Of a stretch of 64,000 nucleotides of DNA, positions 38,126 through 47,525 are shown in pieces. Origin of the DNA: Myxococcota bacterium (GTDB lineage Bacteria; Myxococcota_A; Polyangia; Polyangiales; Sandaracinaceae); the NCBI GenBank assembly GCA_036149055.1, contig JAYZQJ010000133.1, positions 48,393 through 112,392 of the forward strand. The letters are read 5' to 3'. Under the pieces are notes generated by a model that worked only from the letters and a program-made list of their open reading frames with translations, was not told the origin of the DNA and made no database searches. A program made the translations under genes and the position numbers. How positions within the stretch are numbered: position 1 is the first letter of the stretch; every line of letters begins with the position of its first letter.

Positions 38126-39514
38126 ATGCTCAGGACGTCGTTCCTCCTGCTCCTGCTCTCCTTCCCCGCCGTCGCGCACGCCGGGCCGATCGCGGAGCTG
38201 CCACCCGGCGAGTGGTACCGGATCCCGAACAGCCGCATGGACGCCGTCGCCTTCGAGTGGTCTCCCCGCACCCCCGGGCGCACGCGGGGCATCATGCAGG
38301 CCTGGGGCGGGGGCGCCTACGACACGCGCGAGGAGCGCCTCCTGGTGCACGGCGGCGGGCACGGTGACTACGGCGGCTCGGAGGTCTACGCGATGGACCT
38401 CGACGTCGCCGAGGAGCGCCCGGGCGACAACCCCTGGGCGCGGCTGTCGGACCCCGACGCCTACGACGCGCTCGACCCCGACTGCGCCAACGAGGACAAC
38501 CTCACCGACGGCGACCATCGCCGCTCCCAGCACACCTACGGGCGGCTGGCCTACCTGCCGAGCCGGCACGCGCTCTGCGACACCGGCGGGTCGATCGGCT
38601 ACGTCTACTGCCCGGCGCTGCGGCAGCTCGACTGCTTCGATCTGACGACGAACGCCTGGACGCTCGGCCTCGCGGAGGGGCGCGCCTCGGGGACCGGCTC
38701 GACCGGCGCGGTGCACCCCGAGACCGGCGAGTGGTGGCTGCAGGGCGGGTCGGGCTCGGGGCTCCTCGGGCGGCTCGACCCGGACACGCTCACGTGGACC
38801 TACGGCCACTACGACAACGTCCCCGGCTCCAGCCCGCGGAACCTGACCGCGGCCATCGACCCGAGCCGCGGGCTCTTCGTCGCGATCGGCTCGGGCCGCA
38901 TGTGGGTGCTGCCCCTCGAGAGCTTCGCGCCGGACGAGACGGAGCTGAGCGAGCACGCGGTGACGCCCTCGGGGGACGCCTCGATCCTCGACGCCAGGGC
39001 CCCCGGGCTCGCCTACGACCCGGTCTCGGATCGCATGGTCGCCTGGGACGGCGGCGCCGACGTCTTCCTGCTCGACCTCGACACGATGACCTGGAGCCGC
39101 GAGACGATGGGCGGCGAGCCGCCGGGCGACGCGGCCAACAACGGCACGTACGGGCGCTTCCAGCGCTCGCCGCGCTACGGCGTCTTCGTGGTGGTGAGCG
39201 ACACCGGCGAGGACGTCTACGCCCTGCGCCTGCCGGGCACGCCGCTCCCGGAGCCCGACGCGGGCGTGGCCGACCCCGACGCCGGGACACCGTGGACCGA
39301 CGCGGGCGCGCCCAGTGCGGACGGAGGCCCGGACGCGGGCTCGCACGCCGTGGTGGACGCGGGCGACGGCGAGACGCGGACGGAGAGCGGCTGCGGCTGC
39401 GCCATCCCCGGATCCGCGCCGTCGACCTCGTGGCTCGGCGGGCTGCTCCTCCTGGGCCTCGCTCAGCGGCGGGCGCGGAGGCGGTGGAAGTCGCCGGCGA
39501 CGTCGGCCAGGTAG
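38126..39514 (+). CDS. Secreted Kelch/beta-propeller-like protein with MYXO-CTERM
   Basis: Signal peptide; 'AWGGGAYD....LLVHGGGHGDYGGSEVY'; DAG linker; 'SGCGC...LLLLGLAQRRARRR'. Confidence 0.8.
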   Translation: MLRTSFLLLLLSFPAVAHAGPIAELPPGEWYRIPNSRMDAVAFEWSPRTPGRTRGIMQAWGGGAYDTREERLLVHGGGHGDYGGSEVYAMDLDVAEERPGDNPWARLSDPDAYDALDPDCANEDNLTDGDHRRSQHTYGRLAYLPSRHALCDTGGSIGYVYCPALRQLDCFDLTTNAWTLGLAEGRASGTGSTGAVHPETGEWWLQGGSGSGLLGRLDPDTLTWTYGHYDNVPGSSPRNLTAAIDPSRGLFVAIGSGRMWVLPLESFAPDETELSEHAVTPSGDASILDARAPGLAYDPVSDRMVAWDGGADVFLLDLDTMTWSRETMGGEPPGDAANNGTYGRFQRSPRYGVFVVVSDTGEDVYALRLPGTPLPEPDAGVADPDAGTPWTDAGAPSADGGPDAGSHAVVDAGDGETRTESGCGCAIPGSAPSTSWLGGLLLLGLAQRRARRRWKSPATSAR

Positions 39515-41118
39515 AGCTCCAGGCGCCCGTAGCCGGCCTCGTTCACCACGTCGGCGGGCGGCTCCCAGTCGAGCGGCACGCCGTCGGCGTCGAGCGTGGC
39601 CGGGTCGCGGCGCTCCGACGAATAGTCCGGGAAGACGAAGGTGGCGCTGTCGCCGAGGCCGCCGTCGCCGGGGCGCTCGGAGATGAAGCTCGGGCCGCCG
39701 CCCTCGCGGGCCCAGCCCAGGTACCGCGCGTCGATGGGGTCGGCGACGGAGCGCGTTCCGTCCGCCGCGAAGCGCACCGCCGAGCCGCAGTCGCCGAGCA
39801 CGTCGTCTTTCACCTCCTCGACCGGCGTCAGCGTGATCGGGAAGGTCGCCTCCGGGGCGCGCTCCGAGCGCCGGGCCTCGTCCGAGACCGGCGCGTCGGC
39901 GCGACCGTACGAGGAGTCGCGGAAGTGCGTGAGCATCGGCCAGGCGTCGTCGGACGGGTCGAGGAAGACCGACCCGTCGCGATCGAGGATCAGGTTCTCG
40001 GCGATGAAGAAGTTGGCCGCGACGGGCACCGGGGGCGACAGGTTGTAGAAGTCGTTGAAGTCGAACTTGTGCATGCGCGTGAAGTCCAGCGCCTGGTTGT
40101 AGGGCGCGGCCTCGTACACGTTGCGATAGAGGTCGATCGGCTGGTTGCCGTTGGTGTGGCGGCTCATGCGCGAGTACCAGCCGTAGACGTAGTTGTTGAC
40201 CACGTGGTCGGCGATCTCGCCGTTGCCCGAGGTGTTGTAGAAGCGGTGCGTCAGGCCGATGAACGCGTTGTGGTGGTTGGAGAAGCCCTCCCACGCGGCC
40301 CACATCTCGGCGCGCTCGCTCTCGGGGAACTGCGAGCGCACCCAGTCCATCTGGATGCCCCCGACCCCGCCGGTGTTGTGACCGGCCACGCCCTCGTGGA
40401 GGAGGCTGCGCTGGGTGGTCGCCCGGCCTCCCCGGCGCGTGCGGCGGTTCGCCTTGGAGGGAGATCCGCCGACGTAGCTGCCGAAGCCGCCGGTGTAGTG
40501 GTCGATGATGATGTCGTAGACCCCCTCGAGGGTCATCGGGTTGTGCCGGGTCCCGTCGTTCTCCCACTGCCGCCAGCCGTACTCCACCGAGATGAAGCGG
40601 ATGATCACGTTCTCCACTTCGGAGAAGTAGAGACGGCAGTCGCGCGTGGCATCGGCCCCGCGGATGTGCACGCCGCCGAGGTCGTTCGCGGTCTCGCCGG
40701 CGATCGTGAGGTCGCCGCTGTCGACGTAGAGGAGCGAGTCGAGCACGAACGCGCCGCCGACGAGGAAGTAGACGATGCGCGGGTAGTCCTGCTGGAGCGC
40801 CCAGCGGAGCGAGCCCTCCTCGCCGGTGTCCTCGGTGGTCGTGACGAAGAGCACACGGCCGCCGCGGCCGCCCGTCGCCTCCGCGCCGTAGCCCTCGGCG
40901 GTGGGGAACGCCTTGAGGTCACGCAGCACGATCGGCGGAGGCCCGCCGTCCTCGCCGACCGTCGCGTCGACCCGCGGGGAGGCGTCGCCGCGCCCCCCGT
41001 CCAGCGCCTCGGCGTCGGTCGACGTCGCACCGTCGCGCGCGCCCGCGTCCGGGTCGTCGCCCGCGTCGCAGGCGAGGAGCAGACAGCTGGCGAGCGCGGC
41101 GAGCACGAGGCGAGACAT
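39463..41118 (-). CDS. Pectate lyase-like (PL1) lipoprotein
   Basis: Lipobox LLAC; 'AFPTAEGYG..ATGGRGG.V..VT...D.G.GSLRWA', 'LTIAGETA', 'IIIDH'. Confidence 0.85.
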   Translation of the reverse strand: MSRLVLAALASCLLLACDAGDDPDAGARDGATSTDAEALDGGRGDASPRVDATVGEDGGPPPIVLRDLKAFPTAEGYGAEATGGRGGRVLFVTTTEDTGEEGSLRWALQQDYPRIVYFLVGGAFVLDSLLYVDSGDLTIAGETANDLGGVHIRGADATRDCRLYFSEVENVIIRFISVEYGWRQWENDGTRHNPMTLEGVYDIIIDHYTGGFGSYVGGSPSKANRRTRRGGRATTQRSLLHEGVAGHNTGGVGGIQMDWVRSQFPESERAEMWAAWEGFSNHHNAFIGLTHRFYNTSGNGEIADHVVNNYVYGWYSRMSRHTNGNQPIDLYRNVYEAAPYNQALDFTRMHKFDFNDFYNLSPPVPVAANFFIAENLILDRDGSVFLDPSDDAWPMLTHFRDSSYGRADAPVSDEARRSERAPEATFPITLTPVEEVKDDVLGDCGSAVRFAADGTRSVADPIDARYLGWAREGGGPSFISERPGDGGLGDSATFVFPDYSSERRDPATLDADGVPLDWEPPADVVNEAGYGRLELYLADVAGDFHRLRARR

Positions 41119-41233
41119 CGCGTCAGCGTGACCGCGCCCGCCGCGCGCCGACAACCCACGAATCGTACGCTGACCGGGAGCCTCGGGGAGGGGGCCGGCT
41201 AAGACTGGGCTACCGCGCTGCTAGACTGGGAGC

Positions 41234-41605
41234 ATGTCCGGGCCGGCGTCCCCGCTCCGCATGACCGCGGCCGAGTATCTCGCCTGGGAGCGCGAGCAGC
41301 CCGAGAAGCACAACCCGAGCGTCGTGGTGGAGGTGCTCTCGCCGAGCACCGAGCGCTACGACCGCGGCGAGAAGTGGCGCGCGTACCAGCGCCTCGGCTC
41401 CCTGCGCGACTACCTGCTCGTCTCGCAGGCCGAGGCCCGCGTGGAGCACTACCAGCGCACCGACGGAGGCTGGCGCTACCGCGCGCTCGGCGAAGGGGAG
41501 CGAGTGGAGCTGACCGGCGGCTCGTTCCTGGTCGACGACCTCTACCGCGGCGCCTTCGACTACCCGGGCGACGAGCCCCCCGAGACCCCCGACCCGGACG
41601 CGTGA
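41234..41605 (+). pseudogene. Uma2 family endonuclease with an in-frame internal deletion
   Basis: 'MTAAEYLAWE....EKH' joined directly to 'NPSVVVEVLSPSTERYDRGEK'; central segment with the PD motif is missing. Confidence 0.75.
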
Positions 41606-41615
41606 AGCCGGGCGC

Positions 41616-43460
41616 TCATCGATAGCCCTCGGCCTGCAGGGCGAAGAGGCGGGCGTAGCGGCCCTGGTCGGCGACGAGGGACTCGTGGGAGCCCGACTCG
41701 AGGACGCGGCCTCGGTCGAGCACGATGATGCGGTCGGCCATGCGCACGGTGGAGAAGCGGTGCGAGATGAGGATCGCCATCTTGTCGCGGGTCAGCTCCT
41801 TGAAGCGCTGGAAGATGAGGGCCTCCGCCTCGGCGTCCATCGCGCTGGTGGGCTCGTCGAGCACCAGGATGTCGGCCCCCTCGCGCATGAACGCCCGGGC
41901 CAGCGCGACCTTCTGCCACTGCCCGCCGCTGAGCTCGGTGCCGCCCTTGAACCAGCGACCGAGCTGCGTCCGATAGCCCTCGGCGAGCTCGTCGGCGACC
42001 GCGTCGGCCATGCCCTGCGCGGCCGCGCGCTCCCACCGGGCGACGTCGTCGAAGCCCTCCACGTCGCCGGCCCCGATGTTCTCGCCGAAGAGGAGCTGGT
42101 AGCGCACGAAGTCCTGGAAGATCACGCCGATGCGACGTCGGAGCGCGGCGGGGCGCCAGGCGCGCAGATCGGTGCCGTCGAGCAGGATGCGGCCGGAGGT
42201 CGGCGTGTAGAGGCCCCCGAGGAGCTTGATGAGCGTCGTCTTGCCGGCGCCGTTCTCGCCGACGAGCGCGATCTTCTCGCCCGGCCTCAGGTGCAGGCTC
42301 ACGTCCTCGATCGCCGGGCGCGGCGCCCCGGGGTAGGCGAAGCTCACGTGCTCGAAGCGCAGGCCGTCGCCGGGGCGCGCCCCCTCCTCCACGTCGCCCG
42401 CGTCGTCGTCCACGGGGTGCTCGAGGAACTCGTAGAGGTTCGAGAGGTAGAGGTTGTCCTCGTACATGCCGCCGATCGCGGTCAGGATGGCGCTGAGCGC
42501 GCTCTGCCCCTGCTTGAAGAGCAGGAAGTACATCGTCATGTCGCCGAGGGTGATCGCGCCGGCCGCCGCGGTGAGGCCGATCCACGCGTAGCCGCCGTAG
42601 AGCGCGAGGGTGCTGACGAGCCCGAGCAGGAAGCCCCACACGCCGCGGCGGAACGTCAGGGCGCGATCCTCGGCGAAGACCTTGTCGAAGATGGCTCGGT
42701 AGCGGCGCAGCAGCAGCGGCCCGAGGTCGAAGAGCTTCACCTCCTTCGCGTGGTCCTCGCGGGCGAGCACCGTCTCCAGGTACATCTGCTCGCGGGCCTC
42801 GGGCGCGCGCCAGCGGAAGAGGCGGAAGGCGTCCTTGCTGAAGCGGGTCTCGGCGACGAACGCGGGCACCGCCGCGAGGCCGAGCACGAGCAGCGCCCAG
42901 GGAGAGAAGCCGAAGATGATCGCGGCGTAGGAGACGAGGCTGATCGCGTTCTGCACCACGCCGAAGGCGCGCTTCACCAGCGAGAGCGGCCGGCTCGAGG
43001 CCTCGCGCCGCGCCCGGGTCAGCCGGTCGTAGAACTCGCTGTCCTCGAAGTCCCGGAGCGAGAGCGTCAGCGCCTTCTCCAGGATCATCTCGTTGACCCG
43101 GTGCCCGAGGAGCGCGCGGAGCAGGTTCTGGGTGACGTCGATGCCGCGCTGGGCGGCCGCGAGCACGGCGACCAGGGCGAGCTCGGCCCCGATGTACCAG
43201 AGCACCATCTCCCGGTCGGCCTCGGCGCCGGTCCGGGCGGCCCGCACCACGCCGTCGACGATCAGCTTGCCGACGTAGGCGACGCCAGCCGGGGCGACGC
43301 CCGCGATCACGCTGAGCGCGGCGAGGGCGACGCTCAGCCCGCGGTGCGTGCGCCAGACGAGCGCGAACGCCCGCCCGGTGTAGCGCAGCACCCCGAGCCC
43401 GAAGCGGGCCTCGTCCTCGTCCTCCACCCCCGACCTATGGGGCGCCTCGAGCCCGCCCAC
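41616..43460 (-). CDS. ABC exporter, fused permease/ATPase
   Basis: TM domain + GENGAGKTT, LSGGQWQ, LVLDEPT, ISHRFSTVRMAD. Confidence 0.93.
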   Translation of the reverse strand: MGGLEAPHRSGVEDEDEARFGLGVLRYTGRAFALVWRTHRGLSVALAALSVIAGVAPAGVAYVGKLIVDGVVRAARTGAEADREMVLWYIGAELALVAVLAAAQRGIDVTQNLLRALLGHRVNEMILEKALTLSLRDFEDSEFYDRLTRARREASSRPLSLVKRAFGVVQNAISLVSYAAIIFGFSPWALLVLGLAAVPAFVAETRFSKDAFRLFRWRAPEAREQMYLETVLAREDHAKEVKLFDLGPLLLRRYRAIFDKVFAEDRALTFRRGVWGFLLGLVSTLALYGGYAWIGLTAAAGAITLGDMTMYFLLFKQGQSALSAILTAIGGMYEDNLYLSNLYEFLEHPVDDDAGDVEEGARPGDGLRFEHVSFAYPGAPRPAIEDVSLHLRPGEKIALVGENGAGKTTLIKLLGGLYTPTSGRILLDGTDLRAWRPAALRRRIGVIFQDFVRYQLLFGENIGAGDVEGFDDVARWERAAAQGMADAVADELAEGYRTQLGRWFKGGTELSGGQWQKVALARAFMREGADILVLDEPTSAMDAEAEALIFQRFKELTRDKMAILISHRFSTVRMADRIIVLDRGRVLESGSHESLVADQGRYARLFALQAEGYR

Positions 43461-43481
43461 AACTCGCCGATCGGGCGGGGG

Positions 43482-43862
43482 TCACGCGTCGGCGGGGGCG
43501 GCGGCGGGGACGGCGTGGTGCTCGAGGGCCTCGAGCGCGATGAGCTCCAGCGCGCTCTCCTCGGTCGCCTCGAGCACGACCGGAGGCGCGGCGTCGGCCT
43601 CGAACGCCTCGAGCCAGCGGGCCGCGCAGAGGCACCAGCGGTCACCTGGCTTCAGGCCCGGGAAGCCCGGGCCGGGGCTGCTCAGGTCGTTGCCGCGGGC
43701 GCGGCTGAAGGCGAGGAAGTCCTCGGTCATCAACGCGCAGACCACGTGCCGGCCGAGGTCGCCGGCGTCCGTCTCGCAGCAGCCGGTGCGGAACCAGCCG
43801 GTCTTGGGGCGCTCGCTGCAGGTAGAGAGCGGCCCGCCCAGGACGTTTCGTGCGTCGCTCAT
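43482..43862 (-). CDS. DUF2237 family protein
   Basis: 'NVLG..L..CS..P.TGWFR.GCC.T...D.G.H.VC', 'PGLKPGDRWCLCA.RW'. Confidence 0.92.
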   Translation of the reverse strand: MSDARNVLGGPLSTCSERPKTGWFRTGCCETDAGDLGRHVVCALMTEDFLAFSRARGNDLSSPGPGFPGLKPGDRWCLCAARWLEAFEADAAPPVVLEATEESALELIALEALEHHAVPAAAPADA

Positions 43863-43994
43863 GGCGCGCAGCCTGACAGGCCGGACGCGTCAACGCGACC
43901 CCGAGCTCTCGGAGCTCGCCTCCCCCCCCACAGCGTTGGCGGAGCCCCGAGGCCCGGGGTTGCCCCGACACTCAACGGCAACCGGTCGAAATTC

Positions 43995-45005
43995 TCAACG
44001 GGCCCATCGCGTCACGCCGACGGTTTCCAGGATCAGCCAGCCGACGAACGCCGCGTAGAGCACGAGGAGCAAGACGCCTTCGGTGCGGGTCAGCCGGAGG
44101 CGGGTCCGCATGAAGGCGAAGAGCGCGATCGTCGCCAGGGTCAAGAAGCCCATCAGGGGCGCCGCCACCCCGAAGTCGACCGGCGCCTCGCCGGCCACGA
44201 GCACGCCGGCGGGGATCGCGACGAGCAGGTCGAAGATGTTGCTCCCCAGCACGTTGCCCATGCTCAGGTCGCCGTCGCCGCGGCGCGCGCCGCGAACGCT
44301 GATGACCGCGTCCGGCAGGCTGGTGGCCGCGGCGACCACGGTCGCGCCCCAGATGAAGCTCGGGGTGCCGAGGGTGTCGCCGAGCCACAGCGCGGTGCGC
44401 AACAACATCTCCACGCCGGCGACCACCAGGAGCAGACCGAGGAAGAGCGTCCACCAGTCCCGCCACGCCGGGCCGTCGACCGCCTCGCGCTCGCCTCGCT
44501 CGGCGCCCTCCCCGCGCGTCTCTTGATGCTGGAGGAAGAGGTAGAGCCCGTAGAGGGCGAGGGGCACGAGCACGATCCAGCGGTCGAGCGTGCCGGTGAG
44601 GTGCTCGCCGGTGGGCTGGTAGATGAGCGCGAAGCTGAACGCGAGCAGGAGCACGGCGACGCTCGTCAGGTAGAACTGCGCGTCTCGATAGACGAGCTTG
44701 AGGTCGTAGCGGAGCCCCTCGCCGGAGAGCGCGCTCACCCCGGGGATGACCAGGATGTTGAACACGGCCGAGCCGACCACCGAGGCGACGCCGAGCTCCA
44801 TCTCGTCGTGAATGAGCGCGGAGGCGATGGTGGCGGTGACCTCGGGGAAGCTCGATCCGACGGCGACCACGAGGGTGCCCTGCACGATGGCCGGGAGGTG
44901 GTAGCGGCGAGCGAGCCGGTCGCCCGCGGTCTCGAGCGCGCCGCTGCCCTTCCAGGCCAGGGCGGTGCCGACCACGAGCATCGAGAGATGGATCAGGGTG
45001 TCCAC
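43995..45005 (-). CDS. Sodium:calcium antiporter (CaCA family)
   Basis: Alpha repeats 'GSSFPE...VGSAVFN' and 'ATSLPD...GNVLGSNIFD'. Confidence 0.92.
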   Translation of the reverse strand: MDTLIHLSMLVVGTALAWKGSGALETAGDRLARRYHLPAIVQGTLVVAVGSSFPEVTATIASALIHDEMELGVASVVGSAVFNILVIPGVSALSGEGLRYDLKLVYRDAQFYLTSVAVLLLAFSFALIYQPTGEHLTGTLDRWIVLVPLALYGLYLFLQHQETRGEGAERGEREAVDGPAWRDWWTLFLGLLLVVAGVEMLLRTALWLGDTLGTPSFIWGATVVAAATSLPDAVISVRGARRGDGDLSMGNVLGSNIFDLLVAIPAGVLVAGEAPVDFGVAAPLMGFLTLATIALFAFMRTRLRLTRTEGVLLLVLYAAFVGWLILETVGVTRWAR

Positions 45006-45069
45006 GACGTCCCGGACCTAGGTCCGAGCGGCGCGTGCGCACGATCCGGGCCCGTGTGATGCTGGCGAG

Positions 45070-46287
45070 GTGCGCTGGCTCCTCGCGCTCACGATCCTCG
45101 GCTGCGGCGCGACGCCGGACGCGGCCCCCGACGCGGGCCACACGCCGCCGCCGAGGCAGACCGAGCTCCGCGCGGCCGCGGTCACCGTCGACGTCACCCC
45201 GGAGCCGGGCGTCGAGATCGTCGGCTTCGGCCGCCGCACCTCCACCGCGGTCCGGGATCCGCTCTTCGGCGCGGTCTTGGTGGTCGCGTCGCCGTCGGGG
45301 GTCGTAGCGATCGTGACCCTGGACGTGCCGGGCATCTTCGAGTGGCACGCGCAGCTGATCCGTGGACAGGTCGCGGCCGCGGTGGGCGTCGGGGTCGAGC
45401 AGGTCGTGGTCGCCGCGAGCCACACCCACTCGGCGCCGATGCTGGGAGACGACGCCTGGAGCCGCCGCACGATGGACGCCCTGGCCGACGCGGCGCGGCG
45501 GGCCCGGGAGACGCTCGCGCCGGCGTGGCTGGGGGTCGGGCGCGCCGAGGTCGGCTTCTGCGTGAACCGTCGGCTCGCGGTGGACGGCGTGGTCCGGGCG
45601 GCGCCCAACCCCGAGGGCCCGGTCGACCCGCGGATCCGGGTGCTCCGGCTCGCCACCCCGGAGGGCGCCCCGATCGCGACCGTCACGCACGCCGTCTGCC
45701 ACCCCAACCTGCTCCTCGGCGCCGAGAGCACCGCCATCAGCGCCGACTTCCCCGGCGAGGCGCGCGCCCGGCTCGACGATCCGTGGCTCTTCCTGCCCGG
45801 CGCGGCCGGCGACGTGAGGCCGCTGACCGTCGACGCGGAGGGAGAGTTCCGGCTCGCCACCGACGCCGAGGTGCGCGACGTGGGGCGCACGCTCGCGGAG
45901 GCGACCGAGGCGGCGCCGGCCGCTCCCGCGCCGGTCCACGGGGACGCGATCGACAGCGCCACCACGCGCCTCGATCTGACGCGCCGCGACGACCGCCCGA
46001 TGTCGGTCGAGCTCTCGGCCCACCGCGTCGGCGACGTCACGCTCGTCACCATCCCGGGCGAGCCCTTCGTCGACATCGGCCTTACGGTCGAGCGCCGCGT
46101 CCTGGCCGAGGGCCTCGCCGGCGAGGTGATCGTGATCGGCTACGCGAACGGCTACGCCGACTACATCGTCACCCCGGAGGCCGAGCCGCTCGGCGGCTAC
46201 GAGGTGGAGCGCTCGCTGTTGCCGCCCACCGCGGCGGCGGAGATCGAAGACGCCCTCGTCGCCCTCGCCCGCCAGGTCGCCCCGTGA
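45070..46287 (+). CDS. Neutral ceramidase-like lipoprotein
   Basis: Lipobox ILGC; 'VDVTP', 'ASHTHSAP', 'NRR', 'GAAGDV', 'PGEPF', 'GYANG...Y...GGYE'. Confidence 0.8.
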   Translation: MRWLLALTILGCGATPDAAPDAGHTPPPRQTELRAAAVTVDVTPEPGVEIVGFGRRTSTAVRDPLFGAVLVVASPSGVVAIVTLDVPGIFEWHAQLIRGQVAAAVGVGVEQVVVAASHTHSAPMLGDDAWSRRTMDALADAARRARETLAPAWLGVGRAEVGFCVNRRLAVDGVVRAAPNPEGPVDPRIRVLRLATPEGAPIATVTHAVCHPNLLLGAESTAISADFPGEARARLDDPWLFLPGAAGDVRPLTVDAEGEFRLATDAEVRDVGRTLAEATEAAPAAPAPVHGDAIDSATTRLDLTRRDDRPMSVELSAHRVGDVTLVTIPGEPFVDIGLTVERRVLAEGLAGEVIVIGYANGYADYIVTPEAEPLGGYEVERSLLPPTAAAEIEDALVALARQVAP

Positions 46288-46296
46288 AGGCGCGGC

Positions 46297-46953
46297 TCAC
46301 ACCTCGTCGAGGATCTGCTCGCGGCGGCGCTCGTACTCCGCGCTCGTGATGCTGCCCTTCTCGTGCAGCTCCTCGAGCGTCGCGAGGCGAGTCGCGAGGT
46401 CGTCGACGCTGGCCCGGGCACGAGGCGCGGCGGGCGCCTGCTCTTCGGCCGCCGCCTGCTCGGCCGCCTCCCGGGCCTCGCGGCTGCGCGCCCGCTTCGG
46501 ATCGAAGGCGTCCTTGGCGCGCGCCTTCACGTCGGCGAACACCTCGCGCATCTCGGCGTCGCTCATCTGGCCGTCGCTCGCGAAGTAGAGGCGCGCGACG
46601 GTGCCGAGCGCGACGGTGGCCGCGAAGATGAAGGGCGCCGCGATCAGCCCGCCGAACCCGGGGAGCAGGATCTTGCCCGCCGTGCTCGCGAGCTTGCTGC
46701 CGACCAGCGAGAGCCCGACGGTCGCGCCGATCTTGGTCAGCAGCTCCAACGCCGACTCGCGGGAGAGCTGCTTGCCGTAGTGCTCGCCGATCCCGATCAC
46801 CATGCCGACGTGGACCGGCATCACGCCGATGAGCTCGCTGCCGGGGATCGGCAGCAGGGTCAGGGCGGCGGTGGCGTAGCCGCAGCGCTCGATCAAGCGG
46901 CGCGAGCGGCGCTCGGCCTCGTCCTGGGCGGGTCCGAAGAGGTAGTCCTGCAT
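46297..46953 (-). CDS. DUF697-like protein with C-terminal SHOCT domain
   Basis: 'LLPIPG...MV..IG..YG'; SHOCT 'LATLEELHEKGSITSAEYERRREQIL'. Confidence 0.82.
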   Translation of the reverse strand: MQDYLFGPAQDEAERRSRRLIERCGYATAALTLLPIPGSELIGVMPVHVGMVIGIGEHYGKQLSRESALELLTKIGATVGLSLVGSKLASTAGKILLPGFGGLIAAPFIFAATVALGTVARLYFASDGQMSDAEMREVFADVKARAKDAFDPKRARSREAREAAEQAAAEEQAPAAPRARASVDDLATRLATLEELHEKGSITSAEYERRREQILDEV

Positions 46954-47024
46954 CGCCGGAGGATACGCGCGAGGGCGCGCCGATGTTTCCTCGCAGCGCG
47001 CGCAGTCATTTTCGCCGCGCGCTG

Positions 47025-47294
47025 CTAGCGACGCGCGAGCGCGCGGAAGATCGGCGTGGCGATCGCGGCTCCGAGCACGCCGGCCGCCGCGAAGCCCACC
47101 ACGCCCCAGATCGCGAGCAGCAGGAGCGCGCCCCGCGGACCCATGACGTAGACGCGCCCGGAGTCGTAGAGCCACATCGCGAGCACGGCGCCCAGCGCGC
47201 CGAGCCCCGCGCCGACCCGGAGCCCCCACGCCTGCGCGTCGAGCTGCCGCGCGAGCGCCCCCGCCAAGAGCTCTCCGTGCCGCTCCTCGCTCAT
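47025..47294 (-). CDS. Small two-TM membrane protein
   Basis: 3' part of ORF 47025..49436 is protein-like with two hydrophobic helices. Confidence 0.55.
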   Translation of the reverse strand: MSEERHGELLAGALARQLDAQAWGLRVGAGLGALGAVLAMWLYDSGRVYVMGPRGALLLLAIWGVVGFAAAGVLGAAIATPIFRALARR

Positions 47295-47525
47295 CCCCGC
47301 CGACCGCCTGTACATGCTCTTCAGAACGCGGCGCGCGCGCCCGGATTCCCCGTTTCGGTGCGCCCACGTCACACATCGGGCGGCGGTGATCCCACATTGC
47401 CATCGTTCAGGATTCCGCGATCGGCCGAAAGACGTAGCGAGGCTGATGCGGTCGCGCGTGATCGCGCGTGAAATGGGTGAAAGCCCTACCGACGCGGGCG
47501 GCGTCGCCTTGCTACCCTTGGCGCG

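Noticed and set aside
37538..40567. 5' part of the 1343-aa ORF 36536..40567
   Set aside because: R/A/G/P-rich shadow overlapping real genes; only 36536..37537 is protein-like.
41685..45059. 1124-aa plus-strand ORF
   Set aside because: Antisense to the ABC exporter, DUF2237 and antiporter genes.
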